Assembly: GCF_006345805.1 (NCBI RefSeq)
Contig: NC_042997.1
Location: 168,206,001-168,270,000 of the forward strand
Source of the DNA: Octopus sinensis
Lineage: Eukaryota
Direction of reading: 5' to 3'
Length of the DNA: 64,000 nucleotides
Positions 12,189 through 24,853 of this stretch are shown here, one piece after another. The translations under genes and the position numbers were made by a program. Under the pieces are notes generated by a model. It was given only the letters and a program-made list of their open reading frames with translations, did not search any database and had not been told where the DNA came from. Numbering within the stretch: the first letter of the stretch is position 1; each line of letters starts with the position of its first letter.

Positions 12189-15100
12189 ATTACAGTTACT
12201 CTACATCTTACGATGATCGACTGTTGATCATTTGTATGAGGAAAAATAAATACTATTTATTTATTTAAAAACAAAAAAAAAATTTAAGTCATTAATTTTC
12301 CATTTTGTTTAGATTTTGTTTGTCAAGGAATAGATTTGAAATTAAACTTTTCTGGGATTCCAAAGGTTAGAAAACATGGCTGTTTCTGGCTGTTATTTGA
12401 TACATAAAAAAATAAATGACAAAAAAAAAAAGAAAGAAAAAAAGAATTATCAGTGGAACTGATTATTTTATTTATGAATACTGAATAAAAAAAATGTGGG
12501 GTAGACTATGGGGTTAAAGTACAATAAAAAACCTGATTGCAAGTTGTATAATGAATATGAAGGTGAAATGAAGGAAATTAGTGGGATAACATAAATGAGG
12601 ATAAACTGAAAATGTAAAATAACAAGGAGAACAACAAAATTGATCACTGTTGAGAACTGATGAATGATTTATAGCAACAATAACTGGAATATTTTGTATA
12701 TAACACTCTGATCTAAGTTATATTGATAAAGACAATACAGTAGATTTGTTTCATCCCATCTATGCCTTGATACCCATTCCTTGTGAGTATACCCCGGCAC
12801 TTGCTGCCATCCCTCTCCTGCTCTTGCTATCTTCTACTCTCTCTCTTTCTTTCCCTTGCTCTTCCCTCTGGCTGAGTAATCATGTATCTCCTCTACAGCA
12901 GCACACCTGTTTCTGCCATCATTCTTGATCACTCTCTCTCCCTCCTTTTCTTGCTCTTTCCTCTGGTTAGGTAACCATGTATTTCCTTTACAGCAGTATC
13001 CCTCTTTCTTGTTAAGTCTCCCTCTCTCTCTGGGTGCCTCTTCAGCAGCACACCTGTTTCTGCTCTCGTTCTTGTTAACTCTCACTCTCTTTCTCTCTCT
13101 CTGGCTGGGTAACAATGTACCCTTCTACAGCAAGACATCTGTTTCTGTCTCTCTGTCATACTCTAACTTTTCATCATCTGACACAAGATCACTTCCTCCA
13201 ATGCCCCCTCCCATCTCAAAGATTCCTCATCTTACAAAGTTACTTGGTAACCCCACCAGTGCAGGTGCCACTAAAAAAGCACCCAGTCCACACTGTAAAG
13301 TGGTTGGCAATTGGAAGAGCATCCAGCTGTAAAAACCCTTGCCAAAACTAACCTTGCTTGTGTGAGTGCCATGTAAAAAGCACTCAGCCCACTCTGTGAA
13401 GTGGTTGGTGTTAGGAAAGGCATCGAGCCATAAAAACCATGCCAAAACAGACACAGAAGTATGGTGCAGGCTCTTGCCTGGCCAGCTCCTGTCAAATTGT
13501 CCAATCTATGCCAGTATGGAAGGAGGACATCAAACGAGCTCACTGCTTTCCACCACATCCTCTTTACTGTTCCTGTTCATTGACAGTCACATTGGGAAGC
13601 AGTCCCCCCATCCTGGAGTAAATAATCCATCAATACTACCACCAGTATGCAGGCATGATGACCACGAGGAAAGCAAAAATGTCTTCAGACTTGCACTGCA
13701 TACAAGCTCTCTTGACTTTCTCTAGTGTAATTAGGTTTTCTGTTCTTTTGCCAAAGAGGAACTCAACAAACTTCAAACTTTGGAGATTATCTAACTCTAT
13801 TCAACAAGGATGACTCTGTAAGAAGTACCCCTGTTTATGAAGTCATTACATCTTTTGTCCACTTTGTTTCAGATTCCACTCCGTACAAACATGCTAGAAA
13901 TTCTCCAAAACTCATTGCCTAATTAAGCCTGTAAGCTTTGCCACCTAGCATGAATATATAGTCACCAAGTGTAAAAACTTCTCTTGTCACTTCAACTTCA
14001 CAAGGTAACCAGTCTTGTTCCCAAATAGTTTTTACTGATAAGCTGAAACTTATTTTCATCAATATTTTCAACATTCCTCCCTTAACATGCATGCCTGCAC
14101 ACACACACATGTAGTTTCTTGATCTAAGAAAGACAGTTCCGCAATTTCTTGCAGAACAACTTACACAGATGATCTGTTTGTAGTGATCAAATGTTTGTGC
14201 TACACACAAGCTCACTCGCTCTATCAAATCAAAATTACATGTGAAGGTGTACAGTTTGCAACATGTTAGGTATTGAAGTGATCACAAAGCAATATGAGAT
14301 GATGTGTTTTGCTCAAGAACACAAGGCACTACCTGGTCCAGGAATCAAACCCACAATCTTGGAATCATGAATGCAACACTAACCATCAGGTCATGCATCC
14401 TAATGTGTATGTGCATATGCATGCATACATACATATAAACATAACCCACCCCTAATCTATAAAAATCCATGGCAGTGTGTTCCAGACACCCTTCCCTGAA
14501 GGCAAACTCTCTGATACTCCCAACATCTTAAAAGTGATCAAGGCAGCTATAAGTTAATATTTTAAAAACTTTGTTTCTCTTTCTCTTACATATCTAGCAG
14601 AACTCCAGTATCTGAGCTAACACATCAGTCTGTCATCTTTGAGAATGATATTGAAAGCATTTTTAAACTTGCAACCATGTCTAGCATGTATTGACAGAAA
14701 TGTTGTGAGCACCACCTATCTCTAAGATTGGAAGTTTTTTTCAGATGCTCCATCAGAACTCAGTTATGTTCTCATTCTCTTTCTTCTGTGCATTATTAAC
14801 CTACATGTAGCTACATCTAACTTAATACATTCTCACACAGATGGTACCATCTGACACTCAATGATAATCTTTCATAACCAAACATCAACAACATAGAACC
14901 TAGACATCTCACATCATATTGCATTATTCCCAGGAACAAAATTATTGAAAACATCCTCCAAAGAGAATACGTAAACCAGATCTCTTTCAACATTATGCCC
15001 TCTCTTCTAATGAACAACTCATTACTAAAAACCTTCCCAAACTATGTAAATGCCAGGCATCTCAATATCAGGTCTCTCACTTTGATAAAACTGCCTTCTC

Positions 15101-16240
15101 TGTGAAGTTAGATATTCTGTTTAAAGTTAGACAAGCTCTGAATAAATTCTGAACCTATAAAAGGCAGATATACATTGACAACATGTACAAAACAGCTGCA
15201 AAACACAAACATTCCAGGTTTCATATAAAAATATGCAGCTTATTGGCAAGTTTTCACTCCCAAATGGAATAAGTATACCAATGTGTTATGCACGCTATCC
15301 CTGTTCTATACTATAGTCACAACAGTCAACTGTGTATTATCCCCATCTGAAACAACCTAATTCAATGATCTTGCTACTTCTTGCAACCTCTACTACCTTA
15401 TATCCCATATTCTCACATCAAACCTTTATTCCCACAATTGTGATCTGCATCCATGTTTCCTTACAGGCATGACATCAAAGATCATTTGTATCAGCATCTA
15501 GTGGGGCATGAAGAGGTTACAGGTAGCAACGCTCTTCCTTGAATTAAACTGTAAAAATTGAGACAAACAATTCATAGGATAAATTCTTCCACAAGAAAAA
15601 TAAACCAATTTCAGAGTGCTTGTATACTTATATATCAATTCAGTTTACAGCACAACAACAATAACAGTATATTAATTCACAGTACATCTATGGATTTTTT
15701 AGCCAATACTGTATGTTATGACAAATGTAAACAATATACATGATATCTTTCTTGACAGAAAAACAAGGAACCTGTTTTAAACATGTCATGTTTCAATCCT
15801 GTGTTGGGATTTCATCAACTGCAAACCTTCTTTAGCTGCACAAGAACCTACTGTTTGTGAACTCATTGATATCATTAGTTTAAATAAACTGGACACACCA
15901 CTTTGCATATATGACATTTTCTTAACGGTCAGTTCCAATAGTGGTCTATTATCAGTGTTTTGTTTCATCGCTACAGTGTATTAAAGAATATATCTATCCA
16001 TTTTTTTTAGCCATTACTGTATATAACAATGAATGTAAACAATATGTCTATAACATAATATTTTTGTCAACAGTAAAACATTGAACAGCTGGGATTTCAT
16101 AAGCAATGTTGGTTTGTGATTCTCAGTTGCTAAGGAAATCAGTAATAGAGTACAATGACACAATAAGAATACTAGTCTACTAATTTACTTCCCAGTACAA
16201 CAATATACCAGTGTACCAATTCCCTTCACAATTCATTTAA

Positions 16241-16461
16241 CCCTTTTGTTACCAACCCGGCTGAAACCGACTCTGGCCCTGTAGTACAAATGTCCTGTTT
16301 TCAAAAGTTCTGAATTAAAATCTTCCACCAAAACTTAGTCATAATTTATGTTCCTAACACTAACTTAATGATAACTATGTTATTTTACTAAATTCTTTGC
16401 TATATTTAAAATAATTGAAAGAAACACAAAGCATCTCAAAATAAATACAGCAATGAAAGGG
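16241..16461 (+). mobile_element. piggyBac-type MITE
   Basis: TTAA|CCCT...AGGG|TTAA. Reverse copy at about 33035-33229; 5' fragment at 8931-8985 after TTAA. Confidence 0.8.
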
Positions 16462-17880
16462 TTAAGGCAGTATGCCAATTCTGTCTCCAGTACAATAAAT
16501 ATACTAGTATACTAAAATACTTAACAATATTTTGCCAGCATATTAACACATTGGATGAAAGGTCAATGGTTTGTGTCTCTGACACATGTTCATTTAGCTT
16601 TTCATTCTGTTGAAGCACAATTCACTGCTAAAGAAAGCAAGTGTAGTGCAATATTAGTTTTTTTCAGGTTGAATTATTTCTGGAAAGTGCAAAGTTCTCT
16701 TCATTTAACAGCATTGCAAGTAAAGAAAACTATGTTAAATTTTATAGTATTGCCATTGCATAAAGTGTATAACAGCTGAGAAGCAGTGATTAATAATTTG
16801 TCACTACCACCAAGTTATGTATGAGGCAGACACAACTCATCGTATAAGTTTATTGAAGTGTAAATAGTAGATGCTACAGTCTGGTAAACTTTACAGATTG
16901 CCGTAAACAGTAACTGCACTATGTCACATGGGTGATTGAACTTGTTACAGAATTCAACCTTTCTCATAAGAAAAGCTGCCTTTGATAGACTAACATCTCA
17001 GCCAAGACAAGATTTCTCCTTCACCTATTTAATAGCATGGGAACTAGAGATAAACACAAGCCAAGTTTTGTTTAATAACAGTAGGCCAACCCCCAATATG
17101 GTCTATGGTCAAAAGCATTCCAGCCATGACCATACAGTCTTTTTATTGGACATTATGTATCTAGAATTCCTTTAACTAGTGCCTTTCCATTTTTCTTATG
17201 AAAATAGGGTGTGATTTGAGGGAGATTTGGCAGCTTTTTCTAGCAAATCAAGTAGCTTTCTTGTTGGCTCAAGCACTGGCCTCATAGGCTGGAGAGGGTA
17301 ATGAAACAGACAGACTTCTACATTGTTAAATTAAAATTAAATGAAATGGAACTTTTAAAAATGTGTTTTCTTATACATGTTTGACACATTTTCCTTCTAA
17401 TTAGGCAGAAACTGTAGTGTTTTGTAAGAGAGATAACAGTTTATCTATTTGATTGCTACAATGCACTAATGTAAACACAGATAAATGATAAATAATAATG
17501 GAATATGATATCTTGTAAAGATGAGAGCATCTAGATATATCAAGAAGAAACAATGGGAAGTAGTTATATCCAAGCCTTTCTTCAAGAAAAGAAGTGACAG
17601 AAATGAAATAATCCCAGTTAGGAAGAGAAACTTGTTCGTGGCTGCTCAGTAAACTGATAATCTACAGCCATATCCCAAATGAACCAAGCAGTGACATATC
17701 ATAAGCCCTTTCTAATTAAATAAGATCGGTAACTATTAAGGAAGATGGGTAGTTTTCCTTATTACATAAATTCTGTTTCAAACAACTGGAGGATTGTTAA
17801 TTTAATAAGTAAAGCAAGAAAAATATAAATGAATCCAGCCGACTGGCAAGCATATTAGGGAGACAAGAAAATCACTTACA

Positions 17881-17930
17881 ATTGGTTTCCAACCAAGAAA
17901 AGTATGTCGTCGAGCAAATGTCGTACGGAT
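17881..17930 (-). other. Candidate 50-nt cassette exon in a TMEM104 intron
   Basis: Acceptor atttttaag|, strong donor |gtaagtg, CpG-rich in CpG-poor surroundings. Phase-0 reading IRTTFARRHTFLGWKP; no recognised homology. Confidence 0.35.
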
Positions 17931-18271
17931 CTTAAAAATTCAAATGATACACTATTATGCATTCTTAGTGTTAACTATAGATCTATAAGTGACCAATGTG
18001 TTTTTGTAAAAAGGTCAAATAGAAAAAGAAATTAGAATAAGAAAATAACTAGACAAAGAATTGAAATCAAATGTTAACATTCATTGTTGCTAATGATTTT
18101 ATTGAACTTATAAAAGCATACCTTGTAAATGGTGGGTATGTTTTTAAAGGGCATATCTCATTTGGCTAAAATTAACTTTAGCTAATACTTGCTTCTTTTT
18201 GAAATAAGAAAAGAAATCTACATTTCTGGATACATAAGTACCCTGAGATATAATAGTAATCCTGTTATTTT

Positions 18272-18433
18272 TTTAAGAGATGAGGAATTATGCACATTAT
18301 TTACATTTGATGGATATTTCTCCTCATCTTGTTTGTTGTTAACACAACGTTTCGGCTGACATACTCTCCAGCCTTCATCAGGTGTCTTGGGGAAATTTCA
18401 AACCTGAGTTCTCATTCCCAAGGTATTTTTTGA

Positions 18434-18468
<35 letters not shown>

Positions 18469-18741
18469 TCACTGCCTGGAATCGAACTCAGAATCTTGTG
18501 GTGAGTAGCCCGCACTCTTAACCACTACGCCATATGCCCATGGGCATATGGTGTAGTGGTTAAGAGTTCGATTCCAGGCAATGACCTGAATAATAATAAT
18601 AATAATAATGACATCGAAAAATACATTAGGAATGAAAACTCAGGTTCGAAATTTCCCCAAGACACCTGATGAAGGCTGGAGGGTATATCAACCAAAACAT
18701 TGTGTTAACAACGAATAAGATGAGGACAAATTAATGTAAAT
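18272..18741. mobile_element. Head-to-head palindromic tRNA-headed element with Penelope-type hammerhead tails
   Basis: Symmetry centre at 18540/18541 (catatgccca|tgggcatatg). Each arm is a tRNA-like head, (aat)n, then a tail with CTGATGA...GAAAC. Confidence 0.75.
18341..18386 (-). ncRNA. Minimal type I hammerhead ribozyme motif (Penelope-type)
   Basis: GACAC-CUGAUGA-A-GGCUG(loop)CAGCC-GAAAC-GUU-GUGUU: intact core, 5-bp stem II, 5-bp stem I, palindromic ACGU in place of a hairpin stem III. Confidence 0.7.
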
Positions 18742-19362
18742 CATCATCATCATCATCGTTTAACGTCCGCTTTCCATGCTTCCTATTTCTGATTCAATAA
18801 AAAGAAATATATTAGCACAAAACTGGTAATATATAACAGTTTCATGGAACATTTCTTAAAAATTATTTTTAGTCAATTTTTTAACTCAGCAGGCATGCAA
18901 AAATATCTATTCTATATGCTCTCTATGCATGGCCTCACATTTATAAAGAAACAATGGCAAGATTTGCAAAGGCAAGAGAGAAACACACATGTATGATAAG
19001 ACAGCAGTAGGGTATTAATGCTATTAGTTAATGTATGCAAGGGAGGTTGCTGCACTTGGAAGAACATGTGAGAAACAGCATTGTATGATATCAACAAAAG
19101 GTATCCATAGTAGAGAATGATCAAAAAAGCATGGGAAGAAGTGATGAAGCCTGATCAGGATGCTGGATCTTTCAAACAAAGTAATATAGGACCAAGGACA
19201 CACAGGTAACTCTTCCATCATGAAAGGATGAGTACTGTGCATGGGAAAATGAATGTAAGCATGGAAAAAATGAAGGTACATACTATAAAAAAATAAAGGA
19301 ATATCAAGACAAATTTAAGCTTTATATAGAAAATTATGACATGTCAATAATAATGATAATAA

Positions 19363-19522
19363 GCTCCTGCACAGAGTTTGTCTTTTAGGGACAGCAAGGA
19401 TTAGCAGGACGGTTCTAAGCACTTGGGAGAGAGGTGAAAACTTGTGGATACCTAAGGTTACTTGTAGTAACCCGCTACCCACATAAATCCTACCAGGAAA
19501 AAGATAGAACCTGAGCCAAACC
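19363..19522 (+). mobile_element. Older R4/Dong-like 3' fragment
   Basis: Degenerate QK..LLGTARILRRVL-like sequence with (aat)n-like tracts on both sides. Confidence 0.5.
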
Positions 19523-19924
19523 AAAATAATAATAACTAGCTGGACTTGTTAAGAATTCACAGAAAACATGAAAAATGTAAGCATCTGTAAACAGTGTACT
19601 GGTACCATGAGAATTGTTTGCATATCATGACTGTCTGTCTTTACTTTCTCAGCTCAAATTCTGCTGAGGTCGACTTCACCTTTCATCCTTTCAGGGTCGA
19701 TAAATTAAGTTGTGTACTGGCCCCCTTCCCCACAAAAATTTCAAGCCTAGAAAAGTATATTGTGACATTTACAGAATATAGAAAGTAATGTAACACCAAT
19801 GACTATATAATCCAACCAAAATATCTCAGTTACATAAGCAGAATTACTATTCAATCTTAAAATACATCATACATATTTAAAGAACCTTCTTGGTTTAGAG
19901 GTATGGAACGTTATCCTAGTATTC

Positions 19925-20150
19925 TTTCATTCTTTTACCTGTTTCAGTCATTCGACGGTGGCCATGCTGGAGCACCACCCTTTAGTCGAAGAAAATGATC
20001 CCTGGACTTATTCCCTGTAAGCCTGGTGCTTATTCTATCAGTCTCTTCTGCTGAACAGCTAAATTATAGGGATGCAAACACACCAACATCGGTTGTCAAG
20101 CGGTGGTGGTGGTGGTGGGACAAACACACACACAAACACACACACACATA
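19925..20150 (-). mobile_element. CORE-type SINE 3' half
   Basis: Reverse complement of the 36030-36190 tail. Further partial copies at 27216-27425, 31985-32050, 41600-41730 and 60020-60170. Confidence 0.7.
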
Positions 20151-20299
20151 TGATGGGCTTGGAGGTAGTGGTGATGCTGGCTGGTGCAATTTTGTGGTTT
20201 GCTAGTATGCTGAGAGAGAGCCAGTGGGCCCCTAACTGGTTCCCTGATCTTAAAGGTGTAATGTGGCTGTGTAATGATGGAGTGGCTGGTGTGGTGGTC

Positions 20300-21000
20300 T
20301 TCCTCAAAGTACTTCATGGTAGACAATATTTTGTGTGTACATCACACCATGCTTTTGGCCTTGTCTGTTATCCCAATTGAGTGTCATAATTTGTGCTCTT
20401 GAAAATGCAACATATAATTGGCCATTAGAAAATACCGGTTGAGGCAAATGTATTCCAATTTTTTCAAATGTTTGCTCTTGAGCCTTATTAATTGTCATTG
20501 AATATGCAAGTCGAAGTGGAAACTGAAGTCTGTTTAGTGTGAATGGGATATTTGCATCACTTGGGCTAAGTTTAATAATGGGAATTAGAACTGTACAACC
20601 TCTGTTGGAGCCTGATACCAATGATGCCTCTACACAATGTTCATGAAGACTTTGCACTTTCATGCGAGTTCCATTACATAATCCTTAACTGATCGAAAGA
20701 TTTCTTAGCAGCATTACAATAGCCTCTACTTTTAAGTTGAAGCGATGAAGAAGTATACTGGATGGACTGAGTGAGTTTATGAATTCAAATGGATAGTTCT
20801 GAACCTCCTCTTCATTGTTACAGGACACTGAATCTGTGCTTAAGTACATTTTAAGTGCTTCTGGTAAAATATCAAAAACTTTTTCATTTATTGTGAGACA
20901 GTCAGAATTTTTAGGAGATAAAATTACTCATTTTTCCATTTCTTCTAGCGTGCAGTTGTTGAAAATTTCTGAGTACAAATTGAAATGCAAAAGAATGAAA
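20300..21000 (-). mobile_element. Helitron PIF1-helicase C-terminal fragment
   Basis: NYPFEFINSL...LCNGTRMKV...RLQFPLRLAYSMTINKAQ...VFSNGQLYVAFSRA...NIVYHEVL*. Confidence 0.9.
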
Positions 21001-21113
21001 TAACATGGATTTATGAATGAAAGTTAGGTAATTGTGTTTATTTCCACCACACAACATTTATTATTGCAAACATGTTTTAACTAACCTATACTTTAAACAT
21101 AAACACAAATACA

Positions 21114-21116
<3 letters not shown>

Positions 21117-21170
<54 letters not shown>
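21117..21170. repeat. (TA)n microsatellite
   Basis: Direct reading. Other long tracts: (AAT)n 23905-23950, (TACA)n(TGCA)n 40054-40150, (CT)n 41392-41455, (TA)n 53118-53162, (GA)n 54523-54554. Confidence 0.95.
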
Positions 21171-21173
<3 letters not shown>

Positions 21174-21499
21174 TCGAGTTGTAGCTGTAATTCAAAGAGG
21201 CCAGCCTTGTAATATTCTGTGTGATGCTGAATCTCCCTGAGAACTACGTTAATGTTATGCATGTCTGTGGAATACTCAGCCATTTGAGAGTTCATTTTAT
21301 CCTCATGTTGTAATGAAAAGTGAAATTGACAGATAATATTTGCTGTATCTATGTATCTATGAACTTTTCTTTGGATTTATGCATCTACTCTCTTTCACTT
21401 CCTCCCTTTCTCTTTCACTTCCTTTGTATCCTTCTTCTCTCCCGCTTTTGATTTAACAATGTGTATATGTGTCTATGTATCTACTTCTCTTGTGATGTG

Positions 21500-21659
21500 A
21501 TAAACATTTAAAAACACAAAACGAACACCGTCACCACTCACTGTCTCTTTCACTCTCTTTCTCTCTCATTTTTTCTCTCTCTCTCACTCTCTTTCTTTCT
21601 CTCTTATGTCCTCTCTGAAACATTTAAAAACACAAAACGAATGCCGTCACCACTCACTG

Positions 21660-21694
<35 letters not shown>

Positions 21695-21730
21695 TTCTTA
21701 CTTCCTCTGTCCTCCTCTCTCTCACTTTGC
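21500..21730. repeat. About 115-bp local tandem duplication with (ct)n
   Basis: aaacatttaaaaacacaaaacgaa...cgtcaccactcactgtctc occurs near 21503 and 21618. Confidence 0.75.
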
Positions 21731-21806
21731 CACTTCTTTGAAGTGTGACGCACACAACAGGTACGTAGAAAAACAAAATGATAGCATATTAATATTATTG
21801 ATAATA

Positions 21807-22125
21807 TTGTTTTGAGTCAAAAGTTTTGCAATATTTTAGTAACTTATTTGCTTTATCAAATTACAACTAAAGCAGCCTAGCATTCAAAGAAACCATCATG
21901 TTGCACCATCTGAAGCCACCTTTCTGCCAGTTCTTTGATCACACACTGATATCAGTTCTTGTCCTTTGAAGTGAAGAACTCTTTCACTGAAGCTTACACC
22001 TCGTCTTGGTTGATGAAGCATCACAAGTGCAGGAGCTATGGATCAGAACAAGTAATAATCTGAGGGAGACATTTTTCTGCAATCCTAACATGTGTAAGCA
22101 GTTGTTAAGCAAGGGCCAGCTTCCA
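21807..22125 (-). mobile_element. Mariner 3' fragment with TIR
   Basis: Degenerate EFFASKDKNWY..IKELAERWLQMVQHDG region, then a TIR-like end and TA. Confidence 0.65.
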
Positions 22126-22557
22126 GAATCTGTCGCCAAACATAGGCATTTAAAAATAAGGTGATGCTCTGCATTTGGTTGAATCATCATCATCATCATC
22201 ATCGTTTAATGTCCACCTTCCATGCTAGCATGGGTTGGACGATTTGACTGAGTACTGGCAAACCAGATGGCTGCACCAGGCTCCAATCTTGATCTGGCAG
22301 AGTTTCTACAGCTGGATGCCCTTCTAACGCCAACCACTCCGAGAGTGTAGTGGGTGATTTTACATGCCACCGGCACAAGGGCCAGTCTGGTGGTACTGGC
22401 AACAGCCACAAACAAAAAGAAAAAATTATGAGGGGGATAATTCACTATGAGTTTGTTCCAGATCTCGAGTTGTAGCTGTAATTAATGCCAGCCTGTAATC
22501 CAAACAGCTGAAGTGGATGTATGCCATTGTGTAGCCAAAATATTTGGCATTGGTTAA

Positions 22558-22800
22558 GACAACGCAAGACCTCATACTGCTCAAATAGTTCAGAATAAAC
22601 TCCAAGAACTTGAGGGAATCGAGCTGATGCCACACCCAGCTAACAGTCCAGACCTAGCTCCCTTGGATTATTAGTTGTTCTGATCCATGACTCACTTCCT
22701 GCGCTTACAACACTTCATCAACTAAGAGGAGGTGGAAGCTTCAGTAAGGAGTTCTTTGCCTTGAAGGACAAGAACTAGAATCAGCATAGCAGAATGGTGA
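22558..22800 (+). mobile_element. Mariner catalytic-domain fragment
   Basis: DNARPHTAQ...HPANSPDLAPLDY. Confidence 0.8.
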
Positions 22801-23149
22801 AAAGAGGGAATAATGAAAAAAAACACAGATAAAGCAAAAGGATAAAGAAAAAACATGCACATAACAGCACAAACTCTACTAAAAAGTCAAATCAACAATA
22901 GAAAATACATCACCACCATTACCTCCACTAACAGCAACAAAGAGCAAACACACAGATGCAACAACAACGAAACCATGAGAGCAACACCAGGAGACATACA
23001 CAGAAAATCTACAACAACAACAACTAGGAAAACGTCAATCAAATACACAGCTACATGTACAGCAACAACAACAAATTGGATACACACTCAACTTTAGGCT
23101 ATGTAAGAATTATTATCTTAGCACAAAACAAGGAAACTAAAGATAGTGT

Positions 23150-23820
23150 CAAGCACTATAAAAGTCGACAAGAACTTAAAAATGGCAAAACAGCCAATGT
23201 GCACATACAAAAAGATTAGAGAGAATTTCCAGCATCATGGCTAGAAATTACTTCTGGGCTTCCTTAAGGAGTCTTATATGGAGATGGATACCAATATACC
23301 CAATTGCCAACAGGAGAACCACAAGGGTATGTGACCATTTCTTCTTTAGCTACTTTCCTACAATGGCAGCTCTGAGACTAGATTGTATAAATGCATGTGG
23401 ACTGATGATTGTCCTGGAAGTGAGGTTGTTTGCTCAATGACATCAGGTCTCAGCAATGGATGTGATAGCCCTCAGTAAGACCAGGATTTCTGGCATATGC
23501 ACATAATTTTGCTGACTTTTAATCAATATGGAATGGGAGAGGGAACAAAATGATGGTGCTGTTCTGAAAAGGACCCATATGGCAAGTTGATGATCCTGGA
23601 TATAAACAACAGGAAAGTGGGGTGGCTTCAAACTAGAAGCCATCTACAACCCAACAGGGGTGAGAGTGCTTCCTTCAGGTGTCAGGTTTTTCTGAGAATA
23701 TCCTACTCTTTAATACGAGTGGGCAATTGGAATGTTATCTTGGATGCAATAATTAACAGGAGAGGGGTGCAAAAGCCTTGCAAACCTACTCAGGTGCAGA
23801 GTGTGATATAAGAGAAATCT
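23150..23820 (+). mobile_element. Degenerate L1/Tx1-type AP endonuclease fragment
   Basis: Broken frames give NACGL, LLNDIRS..DVIAL, LEAIY and GNWNVILD, matching the endonuclease motifs NxRGL, DVIAxQET and GDWNxILD. Confidence 0.5.
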
Positions 23821-23903
23821 TATGGTTATTTCTTGCTAAAAACCACAGAGATGCTCCCTCATTGAATCACAGAAGAAAGGTTTTACCAGAGTTGTAGACA
23901 GAA

Positions 23904-23950
<47 letters not shown>

Positions 23951-23951
<1 letters not shown>

Positions 23952-24235
23952 CTAAAAACAGAAATGGAATCTAAAAACAGAAACAATTCCTATCATAGTA
24001 GGTGCCTTAGGCATGATAAAAAATTATTCAGACAAATACATAACAAAAACACCAGGACTTACAAACACATATAACATACAGAAAATTGCACTACTAGGCA
24101 CTGCACACATCCTACGCAGAACACTTTCAATACAATAACCATCAGAGCATCACAACAAATCACAGCACATACCCAAGGCACACAAAGCTGCGCTCGGTAG
24201 TGAAGTGAATGCACGCTATAAAAATAAAACTACTG
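23951..24235 (+). mobile_element. R4/Dong-clade LINE 3' fragment in a (TAA)n tract
   Basis: KWNLKTETIPIIVGALGMIK...IQKIALLGTAHILRRTLSIQ*, flanked by (aat)n on both sides. Confidence 0.8.
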
Positions 24236-24853
24236 AATAATAATAATAATAATATGTTTCTCAGCCTATAAAGAACTTTTGGAGGTCCAGTGCTTAAACC
24301 GCTTAAAAACTAATTCAATGATATTAAGCAAATAAATGATAAAGCTACTCTATGATAGACAACATTCTTGAAGATATGGTATTTGCCACAGACAGGCAGA
24401 TACAACAACTGAAGCTTTGTATAATTAAGTCTAATATCTAGGGAACAACAACATTCCTACAGAGATTATGTAAACTAGCAAAAAAAGAGATACATATTCT
24501 TAGATATTTCATCTCTACATAGAGAAATTGTAGCATAAAGTAGATAAAACAGAGGAAGACATAACTGGGTAAAAAAAAAGCAAATAACCAAAGGCATAGC
24601 ATTATATTTTTTTCAGTTTTTCTTGACATGATTAAAATGCACAAGCTTTTAAGAGTCATCATGAACATCAACATTATTGGGGTGAAGAGCAACATTAATC
24701 CTAGAATACCTAAGTTGTCAATGTGAAGAAAAAATTCATTTATCTTTTTAAGTTAAGCAAAAAAGTATGAAATATGTTTGATTAAAAATAATTAAATTTT
24801 TTCATACTTGCATATAAGTTAAATGTCAATAATTCTGCAATGGCATTCAGATA

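Noticed and set aside
14580-15120. Possible coding region in the TMEM104 intron
   Set aside because: Multiple stops in all frames, no splice pair giving a recognisable peptide; probably decayed repeat.
18465-18540. tRNA gene
   Set aside because: The acceptor stem does not close properly and it is fused to a repeat tail; it is a SINE-type head.
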